Below are positions 8,626-19,075 of a DNA stretch of 64,000 bases, piece by piece. The notes under the pieces are model-generated. The model searched no databases. It had not been told where the DNA came from and was given only the letters and a program-made list of their open reading frames with translations. Made by a program: the position numbers and the translations under genes. Positions within the stretch are counted from its first letter, which is position 1, and each line of letters starts with the position of its first letter. This DNA comes from Candidatus Bathyarchaeota archaeon (GTDB taxonomy: Archaea > Thermoproteota > Bathyarchaeia > 40CM-2-53-6), in contig CAVTBR010000003.1 in the NCBI GenBank assembly GCA_963733055.1, positions 32,001-96,000 of the forward strand, written 5' to 3'.

Positions 8626-9582
8626 GTGTCGGAAGAACCCGATGGTGAATTAGGGGAATCGCTGCAAGCCGCTCCCAAGATCACGGTTTGCCCAGAATGC
8701 GGCGGGCCAAAACTTATGCGCGACTACGAGGCCGCAGAAATTGTCTGCATGGCATGTGGTTGCGTGATCGACGAGAAACTGGCCGACACAAGACCCGAAT
8801 GGCGAGCCTTCGACGACGATCAAAAGAAAAGCCGAACTCGCGTTGGCGCTCCGATCACTTACACGATCCACGACAAAGGTCTCTCGACTATTATCGACTG
8901 GCGTGACAGGCGCGCTCTCGGAAAACGCGCCACGGCAACTCAAAGACTCGATCTGTACAAGTTGCGTAAGTGGCAGAGCAGAGTTCGAGTCTCTGACGCC
9001 ACGGAGCGAAACCTTGCGGTCGCGTTGGCCGAGCTAAGTAAACTCGCTTCTGCCCTTAACGTTCCCAAGAATATCCTTGAAACCGCTTCTGTGATTTATC
9101 GCCGCGCCATTAAGAAACGCCTCATTCGTGGGAGATCGATTCACAATGTCACGGCTGCTGCGATCTACATGAGTTGCAGACAGTGCGGCGTGCCAAGAAC
9201 CCTTGATGAAATAGCGTCCTCGTCGAGTCTCAATAAGAAGGATATAGGCCGAAGTTACCGATTCATGGTCAGAGAGCTGGAAGCGTTTGTGCCTCCTTCG
9301 ACCAGTAGGAATTACGCTGCACGGTTCAGTAACAAACTTGTCATCTCTGGAAAAGCTGAGGCTATAGCTATCAAGATTCTAGAGATCGCGAAAGAGATGA
9401 AGCTAACAAGCGGCAGAGGCCCAACAGGGATCGCCGCCGCAGCGACTTACATCGCAACCGTTCTGACGAATGAGAGGAAGACTCAACGAGAGATAGCGGA
9501 GATAGCTAACGTTACTGAGGTCACTATTAGAAATAGGTACAAGGAACTGCTAGAGCGCCTCTTTATCGAAGTGCCCCTCTAG
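8626..9582 (+). CDS. tfb: Transcription initiation factor IIB
   Basis: CPECG Zn ribbon, PEWRAF, HDKGLST, cyclin repeats, VTEVTIRNRYKEL. Confidence 0.97.
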   Translation: MSEEPDGELGESLQAAPKITVCPECGGPKLMRDYEAAEIVCMACGCVIDEKLADTRPEWRAFDDDQKKSRTRVGAPITYTIHDKGLSTIIDWRDRRALGKRATATQRLDLYKLRKWQSRVRVSDATERNLAVALAELSKLASALNVPKNILETASVIYRRAIKKRLIRGRSIHNVTAAAIYMSCRQCGVPRTLDEIASSSSLNKKDIGRSYRFMVRELEAFVPPSTSRNYAARFSNKLVISGKAEAIAIKILEIAKEMKLTSGRGPTGIAAAATYIATVLTNERKTQREIAEIANVTEVTIRNRYKELLERLFIEVPL

Positions 9583-9594
9583 AGAGTTCGTAGA

Positions 9595-12500
9595 TCAAGC
9601 ATGCTTCTTTCGGCCTAGTTTAGAAGTCTCACATAATCCGAATTCGAAGTTTAATCCGTCGATCTGCCATCTCTTGGTATAGTAGGGCTGGCTTACCTTC
9701 ACCTCGCCTGCAGTTATCTTGAGTTGTTTCGCTCGGACTTCCCCTGCGATGTAGCTCCTCTTCGTTTTGAGTAGACTCGCCTCTTTCTTTGAGGGCGCGA
9801 CCACGTAGGCGTGGACGAAGGAATCCACCTTCAGGTCCATCTCCTTTCGCATCTGTTGCATTCTACGAACGGCGTCTCTAGCCAATCCCTCAGCCAATTC
9901 ACTCTTTGTAAGTTTGAGGTCCACTAGAACCGTACCTTCTGGGAAGTCTGCCTTCGCGAAGCGTTCTGAATCGGAGAATCCTGATACTGCGTCTTTCGAA
10001 ACTGGTTTGAGACGTCTGGTGTTGGCCTGATCACGCAATAACACCGCATACGTTTTCAGCGCCTTCTTGAGGGCCTTGGATTCACTGGTTACCAAGACCT
10101 GTGGTACGGGTTGTCTCTGCTTCAAGCCCTTGCTCATTCTAGCTAGGGCAACTGTTGAGATAACGCTCTGGGCTGCTTTCATTTCCTCCTCCAGGGAGTC
10201 AACTATCCACTTTGAGTCGAACTCAGGCCATTTGAGAAGATGCACGGTTTCAGGGTTCCTTGGCTCCGCGTTCCGAAACATGTGTTGGTAGATTGATTCT
10301 GTGAGGAAGGGGGTGATTGGGGCAAGCATGATGAGGGCGGCTTCGAGGGCTGAATAAAGCGTCGCGTAGGCGATTTGTTTGTCTCGTGTTCGCTTCTCTA
10401 CCCAAGTACGGCGTCTGACGTATCGTATGTAGGTGTGGCTTAGGTCCTCGACGAGAAATGCTTTGAGTTTACGTAGTGCCTCGTGAATCTTGTACTCATC
10501 CATTAGAGACGTTACTTCTTTGATCGTCCGGTGTGTCCTGCTGAGAAGCCAGCGATCCTCCGGCCGCAGGCTCTTCCCCATGCGCTTCAAAGAGAGGCCT
10601 GAGGGCGCAAATTTGTCCAAACTCATGTAGGTGCTTGCGAAGACGAACGTGTTCCATATCGTGCTAAGGTCGCCTTGGTGTTGTCGGACCGCGTCCCATG
10701 AGAACTGTAGGTCTTCCCAAAGCGTTGTCTGTAGTACGTAATATCGGAATGCGTCTCGCCCGAATTTCTCAACCACTTCTTGGGCCGAGACGAAATTCCC
10801 TAGCGACTTGTGCATCTCACGGCCTTCGGCGTCGAGTGCGAAGCCGTGCATGAGAACGGTCTTGTAGGGGCAACGGCCCATCGTAACGATCCCATGGCGC
10901 AATAGTCCAAAGAACCACGCGGTTATCTGATCGCGTCCCTCAACTATGAAGTCCGCGGGCCACCAGAATTTGGTTTCCTGCACGTTCGCGGGATGGCCCA
11001 AGCATGCTAGCGATGCCCCGCCCGATTCGAACCATACGTCAATGACATCCTGTACACGAGCCATCTCCCCGCCACAATCGCAGCGTAACCTGACTGCGTC
11101 GACCCAAGGTCTGTGTAAAGTCGGTAAATCGACTTTGGAAACTGCGTTGTCCAGAAGTTCCTGTTTTGAACCTATGATCTTGTCCTTTCCGCACGATGTG
11201 CAGCTCCATACTGGGAGTGGGGTGCCCCAGAACCGCTGTCGAGAGATCACCCAGTCCTTTAGTCCTTGAAGCCAGTTCTTGAATTGATTGGCGCCGGCCC
11301 ACGCGGGAATCCAGAGCGTGGAATCGACTTCCTTGATGAACAGATCTTTGAGTTGTGCGATATGGATGAGCCACTGTTTTGTGGCGCGAATTATTAGTGG
11401 GGTTTTGCAGCGCCAGCAGACGGGGCTGCGGTGTTCAATTTCTCCGGCATATAGTAACACTCCAAGGGACTTCAGGTCGTCAATGATTTCGGGGTTGGCT
11501 TCTCTGACAGATTTTCCTGCGTATTTTCCGGCTTCTGGGACGAATTTGCCTTGATCGTTTACGAGCATGAGTACGGGTAAGTTGTTTCGCACGCCAACAT
11601 CGTAATCCTCTTCCCCGTGTCCGGGTGCTGAATGAACACATCCGGTTCCTTCTGTCAAGGTGACGTATTCTTTGCTGAGCACGACGCGGTGACCGTTCTG
11701 TAGGCTGACCTGGGCAGGTACAAGGGTCTCCAGTGGACCTCTGTACGTGAGGCCTTCAAGTTTGCTTCCTGGGAAGGTGTCCAAGACTTCGAAAGACCGG
11801 CCGGTTTCATTCTGAACCGCTTCTACTCGTTCCTTTGCGAATATGTACGTCTCGCCATTAGACCTGACACGAGCATATTGGAAGTCTGGATTAACCATGA
11901 CCGCGACGTTCGACGGTAAGGTCCATGGAGTGGTGGTCCAGATCAGGATGTATTCGTTTGGCTTGTCTACGACCGGGAATTTTACGTATATTGACGGATC
12001 GCGGAGCATCTTGTATTCCAAGACGACTTCGTAATCAGAGAGTACAGTTTCGCATCGGGGGCACCAGTGTACAACCCTCTGCCCATGTTCAAACAGTCCC
12101 TTCGACCACGCCTGTTTGAGCCCCCACCAGTCGCATTCAATGTAATAGTCCAGGTGAGTCATGTAGGGCTGGTTCCAATCCATCCATATTCCTAACTCCT
12201 GGAACGCCTTAGTCATCGCCGCTGCGTTCGTTTCAGCGAATCTTCTGCATTCTGAGATGAATCGTTCTAAGCCGAAGCTCTCGATCTCTTTCTTGGATTT
12301 AACACCAAACTTCTGTTCGATGGCTAATTCGATGGGAAGCCCGTGGCAATCATAGCCGGGTTGGTCCCGAACGTTGAATCCGCGTGAACGTTTGTACCGG
12401 ATCACAGTATCCTTGAGAACCTTGTTCCACGAGGTGCCTATGTGTGGTGTGTCGGAGCTTGGAAATGGGGGTCCGTCAAGGAAGTAGAACTTCTTTCCGC

Positions 12501-12627
12501 TCGATCTAACCTTCTTTACTAATTCATAGGTACGATCGCGTTCCCAGGCTTCTTGGACCTCAGCTTCTACTGCCTTGTGATCGTATTGCTTGGTTAATTC
12601 GCCGACGTACTTGCTCTTTGCTACCAA
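9595..12627 (-). CDS. ileS: Isoleucyl-tRNA synthetase
   Basis: DGPP, HIGT, GYDCHGLP, WTTTPWTLP editing domain, ISRQRFWG, EMHKS. Confidence 0.96.
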   Translation of the reverse strand: MVAKSKYVGELTKQYDHKAVEAEVQEAWERDRTYELVKKVRSSGKKFYFLDGPPFPSSDTPHIGTSWNKVLKDTVIRYKRSRGFNVRDQPGYDCHGLPIELAIEQKFGVKSKKEIESFGLERFISECRRFAETNAAAMTKAFQELGIWMDWNQPYMTHLDYYIECDWWGLKQAWSKGLFEHGQRVVHWCPRCETVLSDYEVVLEYKMLRDPSIYVKFPVVDKPNEYILIWTTTPWTLPSNVAVMVNPDFQYARVRSNGETYIFAKERVEAVQNETGRSFEVLDTFPGSKLEGLTYRGPLETLVPAQVSLQNGHRVVLSKEYVTLTEGTGCVHSAPGHGEEDYDVGVRNNLPVLMLVNDQGKFVPEAGKYAGKSVREANPEIIDDLKSLGVLLYAGEIEHRSPVCWRCKTPLIIRATKQWLIHIAQLKDLFIKEVDSTLWIPAWAGANQFKNWLQGLKDWVISRQRFWGTPLPVWSCTSCGKDKIIGSKQELLDNAVSKVDLPTLHRPWVDAVRLRCDCGGEMARVQDVIDVWFESGGASLACLGHPANVQETKFWWPADFIVEGRDQITAWFFGLLRHGIVTMGRCPYKTVLMHGFALDAEGREMHKSLGNFVSAQEVVEKFGRDAFRYYVLQTTLWEDLQFSWDAVRQHQGDLSTIWNTFVFASTYMSLDKFAPSGLSLKRMGKSLRPEDRWLLSRTHRTIKEVTSLMDEYKIHEALRKLKAFLVEDLSHTYIRYVRRRTWVEKRTRDKQIAYATLYSALEAALIMLAPITPFLTESIYQHMFRNAEPRNPETVHLLKWPEFDSKWIVDSLEEEMKAAQSVISTVALARMSKGLKQRQPVPQVLVTSESKALKKALKTYAVLLRDQANTRRLKPVSKDAVSGFSDSERFAKADFPEGTVLVDLKLTKSELAEGLARDAVRRMQQMRKEMDLKVDSFVHAYVVAPSKKEASLLKTKRSYIAGEVRAKQLKITAGEVKVSQPYYTKRWQIDGLNFEFGLCETSKLGRKKHA

Positions 12628-12654
12628 GTCTGATTAACCGCCAGAAATTTCACT

Positions 12655-12758
12655 GAATGGTTTGATGAAAAGCCAGGAAGTGATTCGGAGCAGGATATTT
12701 CCTGTTTACGAGAGCTACGGTGCGATTTCCTGGTCACCTTTCACAGACGACACCATTC
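12655..12758 (-). other. Long multi-stem hairpin in the ileS upstream region
   Basis: Nested complementary segments (minus strand) GAATGGT/ACCATTC, TGAAAGG/CTTTTCA, CCAGGAA/TTCCTGG, CAGGA/TCCTG. Confidence 0.4.
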
Positions 12759-12836
12759 GCTTCCACTCCGGTCTACAACTTATTTTAATTTAGCGTCTCT
12801 GTTGCAAACCTTCGTTGCTGATTGTCGCGCTGCGGT

Positions 12837-13190
12837 TCAGGATTTGCGTATATGATTAGGGATCGGGCCTGACAGTTTCAAACTAAGTTGGACAAATCCG
12901 CGATATTTCTTCTTACTGTACCAGGGTGCTTGGAGTACGATTAGTCGGCCGCGTCCTTTCGTAACCGTGTACACGTTGTTCTGACGTTTTTTCATTAATC
13001 GTTTCAACTTGGTTCGAGCGGGTTCTGGATGGCAGGTCATCATGTTTGTACCAATTAGTTTCTTTCCTCCATCGGCAAGATGAGATTCGACAGCCTTCTT
13101 GTTTAATTCCAGTATAACGCCTGCTGAATCGCAGACCGTGATCGAGCCTGGAAACTCCTCAACCCAACTATGATTCTTAATGCGAGCCAA
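12837..13190 (-). CDS. Stand-alone PAS-domain protein
   Basis: SITVCDSAGVILELN...LIGTNMMTCHP PAS pattern. Confidence 0.75.
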   Translation of the reverse strand: MARIKNHSWVEEFPGSITVCDSAGVILELNKKAVESHLADGGKKLIGTNMMTCHPEPARTKLKRLMKKRQNNVYTVTKGRGRLIVLQAPWYSKKKYRGFVQLSLKLSGPIPNHIRKS

Positions 13191-13316
13191 GACTGACCTG
13201 CCTAATTCGCGGGTCTTGCCAGATAAGAGAGTTGTTGCTAGTTTTCGGAAAAATGTATGCGGGTCTTGGGGGTGGCTGAAGCGTAGGATTTCAAATCTGC
13301 TATCGGCTTGCTCGCG

Positions 13317-15029
13317 TTAGTAAGTGCGTTCCTTCGGTTGGTAACGCGTGATTGTCACGGGGGAGTAGTCGAGCCGGGGACCGTCAGGCGTCATGTATGC
13401 GAGTGTGTGCTTCAGCCAATGTGCGTCGTCTCGTTTTGGATAGTCTAAGCGGAAGTGGGCGCCACGCGACTCGGTTCGCGCGTACGCACCAAGCAATACA
13501 ACTTCGGCCACGTCGAGCATGGACTGGAGTTCCATGACATTTACGAAGTTCATGTTGTATTCTGGGGCTTTGTCTTCAACATGCTGATACGCACGTTGCT
13601 TTAGAGCCCGTATCTTTTTCAGGGCTTCTCCCAACCCTTGGCTGGTTCGAAACACGTTAGCGTGCTCGTCCATGGTTGCCTGGAGTTCCTGCTTCACGTC
13701 GTAGGGATTCTCTCTACCTTCCCCGCGAAATATGCCGTCGTAGATTCGCTTCTCTTCTAAAGCAACGGTCTGTTGCGGGAAATCCGCTGATTGGTGTTGC
13801 GTTGCGTATTCCGCCACGGCGTGCCCCGTCAGCTTTCCCCAAACTAGGCAGGTAGCCGTCGAGTTCGTTCCCAACCGGTTAGCGCCATTAACGGTAATAC
13901 ATGCCGCCTCTCCGGCGGCCCACAAACCTTTGACTGGAGTGGCACCGTCAATGTTGGCATGAACTCCGCCCATGGTAAAGTGGCACACATACCGGACTGG
14001 AATCAATCCTTCGATCGGATCGACTCCTCGCAACTTAATGCAGATCTCGCGGATATCCGACAATCGCTCTTTGATCTTTTCTGCGCCTAGATGACGGATG
14101 TCAAGATGCACGTATTCCAGGCCGCTTTCGTCTCGGAAGCCTCGGCCTTCTTGGATCTCACGTGCAATGGCACGTGCAACGATGTCCCGCGGACCGAGTT
14201 CGAGTTTTTCTGGTGCATACTTTTTCATGAACCTCTCGCCGTCCTTGTTGACGAGTATTCCGCCGTCGCCTCGTGCGCCTTCCGTGATTAGTACGCCTGA
14301 GGGCACGAGCCCCGTCGGGTGGAATTGCACGAACTCCATGTTCTTCAGAGGGATACCTGCGCGGTACGCCATTGCGAGGCCGTCCGGTGTGGAGGTGTGG
14401 GAGTACGTTGCGAAAGCGTACAGTCGACCTGCCCCGCCGGTGGCTATGACGCCCGCCTTTGCTTGGAATGCGTGGAAGTTGCCTGTACGGAGTTCAATGG
14501 CTGTGGCTCCATGGAATCCTTCCTTGTCAACGAGCAGGCCGGTCACGAACCATTCATGGTAAAACTCGATGTTGGAGTAGCTGAGGCATGTGTCGTAGAG
14601 GGTTTGCATCTCATAGAATCCCACTCGATCACTGGCGAAGGTCGCCCTGGGATAACTGTGTCCGCCGAACGCTCGTTGCGCGATGCGTCCGTCACCTTCG
14701 CGACTCCAGGGCATACCCAAATGTTCTAGCTGGTAGATCTCTTGGGGGGCGATGGAGGCTAGCCGCTCGACGGCGTCTTGGTCTGCGAGGTAATCGCTGC
14801 CTTTTATGGTATCAAAGATATGGCCTTCCAGAGAGTCACCCCGGTCGGAGTGAAGGACTGCGCCGGTGCCACCTTGGGCGCAGACGGAATGCGACCGCAT
14901 GGCGTGTACCTTACTGATGACCCCGACACTCAGCTTCCCATTGCTGATTCGAGTGGCTTCGATAGCCGCTCGCAGGCCAGCGATCCCCGAGCCAATAATC
15001 AAGACGTCGTGCGTGATTGTATCAGTCAC
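13317..15029 (-). CDS. sdhA: Succinate dehydrogenase/fumarate reductase flavoprotein subunit
   Basis: GSGIAG FAD loop, RSHSVCAQGG (covalent FAD His), QFHPTG, TEGARG, HFTMGG, GANRLG, ESRGAH; likely GTG start at 15029 after GGGAG. Confidence 0.9.
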   Translation of the reverse strand: MTDTITHDVLIIGSGIAGLRAAIEATRISNGKLSVGVISKVHAMRSHSVCAQGGTGAVLHSDRGDSLEGHIFDTIKGSDYLADQDAVERLASIAPQEIYQLEHLGMPWSREGDGRIAQRAFGGHSYPRATFASDRVGFYEMQTLYDTCLSYSNIEFYHEWFVTGLLVDKEGFHGATAIELRTGNFHAFQAKAGVIATGGAGRLYAFATYSHTSTPDGLAMAYRAGIPLKNMEFVQFHPTGLVPSGVLITEGARGDGGILVNKDGERFMKKYAPEKLELGPRDIVARAIAREIQEGRGFRDESGLEYVHLDIRHLGAEKIKERLSDIREICIKLRGVDPIEGLIPVRYVCHFTMGGVHANIDGATPVKGLWAAGEAACITVNGANRLGTNSTATCLVWGKLTGHAVAEYATQHQSADFPQQTVALEEKRIYDGIFRGEGRENPYDVKQELQATMDEHANVFRTSQGLGEALKKIRALKQRAYQHVEDKAPEYNMNFVNVMELQSMLDVAEVVLLGAYARTESRGAHFRLDYPKRDDAHWLKHTLAYMTPDGPRLDYSPVTITRYQPKERTY

Positions 15030-15240
15030 GGCCGAGACTCCCTTCGACCTATGAGTATTTGCGCATAACGGACTCTTCCATTTCTCAGAAGACTCGCCCT
15101 CAAACCTTCCCCAACCAATCCGGTCAGGCAGAAGGAGGAACAATCACAATCTTACGCGCCAATAATTGTGAACGATATTCATCCCTCAATCATATAACCC
15201 TCTTTGGCTAGTCCGGCCCACAGTTACTGGAGGGTCTGTT

Positions 15241-16605
15241 TTGATGTCTACTCAGGAATTAAGCTACGAAGAAGCTCCACGAATAGTTGTAACGCCACCC
15301 GGACCTAAATCTAAACAACTTCTCGCGAAACAAACGCAGCTAGAAACTCGCGCAGTGACCTATAGCAAAGCTTTCCCATTCGCGATAGATTTGGCTCGAG
15401 GTGCAACAATCAAAGACGTGGACGGAAACATATTCATTGACTGGATGGGCGGTATTTGTGTTCTCAACGTGGGGCACAATAACCCGTTCGTGACGACCGC
15501 TGTCAAATCTCAAATGGAAAGGATTTGGCATGCGCTTGAGATCCCGACTGAGATCCGTATGCAATTCCTTGAAAAGATTCACGCCGTTTTGCCAGGGAAC
15601 CTACGAGGACACGCGAAGACTCTCTTGACGGTTACGGGAGGCGACGCTTGTGAGACCGCGATCAGCCTTGCAAAACAGGTGACGGGGAGAAGTACTATCG
15701 TCGCTTTCGGAGGATCATACCACGGAGTACACCAGGGGATTGTGAGTCTAACCGCCAGCCGATCATATTTGCGGAGTTCGGGAACAGTAAGGCACGGAGT
15801 GTTCCACCTCCCCTTCCCATACCCCTACCGATTCCCATTCCCTGTAGATAGCAAGGGAGGTGAGGGCAGGGTGATTCTCGCATACCTTGAGAATCTACTA
15901 TCTGACGAACACTCAGGCCTTGATCTTCCTGCCGGCATATTAGTGGAGCCAATCCAAGGCGAAGGAGGGTACATTGTTCCACCAAATGACTTCCTTCCCG
16001 GGCTGAGGAAAATCGCTGACAAATACCAAATCCCACTGATAATCGATGAAGTCCAAACCGGATTCGCACGAACCGGAAAATTCTGGGGTTGCGAAATTAC
16101 GAACACTTCACCAGACATAATGTGCATATCAAAATCCGTAGGCGCCGGACTACCACTCTCACTCGTCGCGTACCGCGAGGAATATGATCAAAAACTCCCG
16201 GACGGATTCCATCTTGGGACCTATCGCGGAAACCCACTAGCTATGGCTGCTGGGGCAGCAACCATTGATTACATCAAGCAAGAAAATCTGCTGAACAGAG
16301 CTGAGAAGCTCGGAACCACGGCTAAGTCGGAATTTGAAAGGATCGCCAAATCCAGCAAGAACGTAGGAGAAGTGAGGGGAGTGGGTTGCATGATTGGAAA
16401 CGAAATTGTGGAATCAAAGGTGAGCAAGGCACCTTCAAAGGATATCGCCGTGCGACTGCGAAAGACGATGTTCGAGAACGGATTGCTAATGCATACCTGC
16501 GGCCACTTCGGCAACGTGCTAAGGTTCATGGCCCCACTGGTCATAAGCGACAACCTAATGCAGAAAGGACTAAGCGTTTACGAGAAAGCCGTCAAGTCCA
16601 TCTGA
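15241..16605 (+). CDS. Class III PLP aminotransferase (4-aminobutyrate aminotransferase-like)
   Basis: GSYHG, EPIQGEGG, DEVQTGFARTG, SKS PLP lysine, GTYRGN. Confidence 0.85.
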   Translation: MMSTQELSYEEAPRIVVTPPGPKSKQLLAKQTQLETRAVTYSKAFPFAIDLARGATIKDVDGNIFIDWMGGICVLNVGHNNPFVTTAVKSQMERIWHALEIPTEIRMQFLEKIHAVLPGNLRGHAKTLLTVTGGDACETAISLAKQVTGRSTIVAFGGSYHGVHQGIVSLTASRSYLRSSGTVRHGVFHLPFPYPYRFPFPVDSKGGEGRVILAYLENLLSDEHSGLDLPAGILVEPIQGEGGYIVPPNDFLPGLRKIADKYQIPLIIDEVQTGFARTGKFWGCEITNTSPDIMCISKSVGAGLPLSLVAYREEYDQKLPDGFHLGTYRGNPLAMAAGAATIDYIKQENLLNRAEKLGTTAKSEFERIAKSSKNVGEVRGVGCMIGNEIVESKVSKAPSKDIAVRLRKTMFENGLLMHTCGHFGNVLRFMAPLVISDNLMQKGLSVYEKAVKSI

Positions 16606-16628
16606 ACCATCCCTCGTATCCATAGTGA

Positions 16629-17951
16629 TTGAAGATGACAGTTAAGACAATCAATCCGTACACCGAAAAAACATTGCACGAATACAGAGAAGATTCTATA
16701 GAAGACCTAAAATCCAAAATTGCGGGGTTGAGAAAGGCCCAGCAGCTTTGGAAGGTCGACCTCTCCGAGAGGCTCTCGAAGCTGCGAGAGGTTCGGAAAA
16801 GATTTGAAGCCAGCGCGAAAGAACTCGCCCAATTGATGAGCACTGAAATGGGGAAACCTGTAGCTCAAAGCGAGGCTGAGCTGAAGAAATGTATGTGGAC
16901 GATCGATTACATTGCAGAGAACGCGGAGGAAATGCTCGCACCAGAGCACGTAAAAACTGAGGCTAAGAAGAGCTACGTAAGATTCGACCCCCTCGGGGTA
17001 GTTTTCCTAATCATGCCATGGAATTTCCCTGCATGGCAATTCATCCGCGCCGCCATTCCAGCAATGGCAGCGGGCAACTCCATCCTTCTCAAACATGCAT
17101 CAATAGTCTCTGGAACCAGCCTTAAACTGCAAGACACAATCGGGTTGGACGTGTTCAAATCGACCGTTGCACGTGGACCCGTGGCGTTGGAGGCGATAAA
17201 ATATGCCGATGGGGTCTCTCTAACTGGGTCGACTGAAGTAGGCGAAATGGTAGCCGGAGAGGCGGGAAAGCAACTCAAGAAAGTTGTGCTGGAGCTAGGC
17301 GGATCTGACCCGTACATTATCCTCGACGGCTCAACCCTTGACCAGGCGGTCAAGAACTGCGTTTACGCACGAATGCAGAACAACGGTCAGTCGTGCATAG
17401 CCTCGAAGAGATTCATCGTTCACGAAAGCGTCTTCGACCAGTTCTACAAAGGGATGAAAGAAGAGTTCTCGAAGGTGAAGATCGGCGACCCCCTCGACAA
17501 TAACACATTCCTTGGTCCCCTCTCCAGCAAAGAGCAGAAGGAGATAGTAGCTGGACAAGTCAACAAGCTCAAGACCATGGGCCAGGTGGAAGAGTTAGCG
17601 CAAGGACTCAAAGGGAACTTCATACCTCCGACTATGGCGAGAGTCGAGCCGCTTTTCGATGAAGAAGTGTTCGGGCCAGTTGCAGTCCTTAAGAAATTCA
17701 AGACCACTAACGAGGCGGTTACCATAGCGAACGAAACACCATTCGGCCTAGGCGCATCCGTCTGGGGAGACGCAGAGGCAGCGGAGAAACTTGTACCCTC
17801 TATCGAAGCGGGCATGGTCTTCATAAACAAAGTCGTCGCGTCAGACCCACGCCTACCCTTTGGTGGAGTGAAAAAGAGCGGCATAGGGAGCGAACTCTCC
17901 CGCTACGGGTTACTTGAATTCACATCCAAGAGAACAATCTGGGTAAACTAG
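16629..17951 (+). CDS. NAD(P)-dependent succinate-semialdehyde dehydrogenase (Sad-like ALDH)
   Basis: PWNFP, LKHAS, LTGS, ELGGSDP, NNGQSCIASKR, EEVFGP, PFGGVKKSG. Confidence 0.88.
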   Translation: MKMTVKTINPYTEKTLHEYREDSIEDLKSKIAGLRKAQQLWKVDLSERLSKLREVRKRFEASAKELAQLMSTEMGKPVAQSEAELKKCMWTIDYIAENAEEMLAPEHVKTEAKKSYVRFDPLGVVFLIMPWNFPAWQFIRAAIPAMAAGNSILLKHASIVSGTSLKLQDTIGLDVFKSTVARGPVALEAIKYADGVSLTGSTEVGEMVAGEAGKQLKKVVLELGGSDPYIILDGSTLDQAVKNCVYARMQNNGQSCIASKRFIVHESVFDQFYKGMKEEFSKVKIGDPLDNNTFLGPLSSKEQKEIVAGQVNKLKTMGQVEELAQGLKGNFIPPTMARVEPLFDEEVFGPVAVLKKFKTTNEAVTIANETPFGLGASVWGDAEAAEKLVPSIEAGMVFINKVVASDPRLPFGGVKKSGIGSELSRYGLLEFTSKRTIWVN

Positions 17952-18079
17952 CCGAAAAAACCTCAACCCCGCTGGTTATCGGCCAACTACCCGCCCTAAC
18001 TATCGGTCAATCAGCGCTGAGCATAATTTAACTAACTATCCCATTCAAACGCTGTCCACAGGTTAGTGTCGCGATCTCA

Positions 18080-19075
18080 TTGTACTGTTTAGGGATAGAG
18101 TCGACTGCCCACACGTTTGGCGCGAGTGTCGTCACGGAGGGGGGTCAGATTCTCTCGGATGTTCGAGATGTTTACGTTTCTGCTCCTGGGACAGGAATCC
18201 ATCCGCGAGAAGCCGCCGAGCACCATAGTATGGTCGCCGCGAAAGTGGTTTCAGGTGGGCTTGGCAATGCTGGCGTTAAGGCTTCCGAACTTGCCGGAGT
18301 TGCCGTGGCGTTAGGTCCTGGGCTAGGTCCGTGCTTAAGGGTTGGAGCAACGGTCGCAAGATCAATCGCCTCATTCTTCAAGATCCCTCTGATCCCTGTC
18401 AACCATGCCATCGGGCATATCGAGATCGGCACCCTGACCACGGGAGCGAAGGATCCATTGGTCGTGTTGGTCTCAGGGGGTCATACCGCGATCGCTGCCT
18501 TCTCTGGTGGGAGATGGCGGATATTCGGCGAAACGGAGGACATCACCCTCGGAAACCTGTACGACATGTTCGCGAGAGAAATCAATCTGCCCTCACCTGC
18601 TGGGCGTGAGATCGAAAAACTGGCGGCAAAATCAGAGAATTTCATTTCTCTCCCCTATGTCGTGAAAGGAAACGATGTTTCATACTCCGGTTTGTTAACG
18701 GCTTCTCTCGCGAAACTCAAGGCTGGAGCTTCTCTTGAAGATGTATGTTATTCCATGCAAGAAGTGTCATGTTCGATGCTGGCTGAAGCCGTGGAGAGAA
18801 GCCTTGCGTATACCGCCAAGAAGGAAGTACTCTTAACTGGAGGAGTTGCGGCGAATAGGACGCTTCAGAAGAAGCTTTCAGACGTTGCAGGCTTACATGA
18901 AGCTACGCCCCACGTCGTTAATCAAGCGTACACTGGAGATTGCGGACCACAAATCGCGTGGACAGGCATGCTCGCGTTGCAATCTGGTGTAACGATAGCC
19001 ATTGCCGAATCGCGGGTAAGGCCCAGATGGAGGCTAGAGGACGTTGACGTCGTCTGGAGAAGAGAGGCTCCCTAA
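18080..19075 (+). CDS. kae1: KEOPS t6A synthase Kae1
   Basis: GIESTAHT, HPREAAEHH, NHAIGHIE, SGGHT, GGVAAN. Confidence 0.95.
   Translation: MYCLGIESTAHTFGASVVTEGGQILSDVRDVYVSAPGTGIHPREAAEHHSMVAAKVVSGGLGNAGVKASELAGVAVALGPGLGPCLRVGATVARSIASFFKIPLIPVNHAIGHIEIGTLTTGAKDPLVVLVSGGHTAIAAFSGGRWRIFGETEDITLGNLYDMFAREINLPSPAGREIEKLAAKSENFISLPYVVKGNDVSYSGLLTASLAKLKAGASLEDVCYSMQEVSCSMLAEAVERSLAYTAKKEVLLTGGVAANRTLQKKLSDVAGLHEATPHVVNQAYTGDCGPQIAWTGMLALQSGVTIAIAESRVRPRWRLEDVDVVWRREAP

Noticed and set aside
12640-12790. T-box riboswitch before ileS
   Set aside because: No GGTGG.ACC T-box consensus or terminator/antiterminator is visible.
17975-18042. Short direct repeats (TATCGGYCAA, CTAACTATC) upstream of kae1
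   Set aside because: Only two short copies of each with irregular spacing; not a CRISPR array or iteron set.
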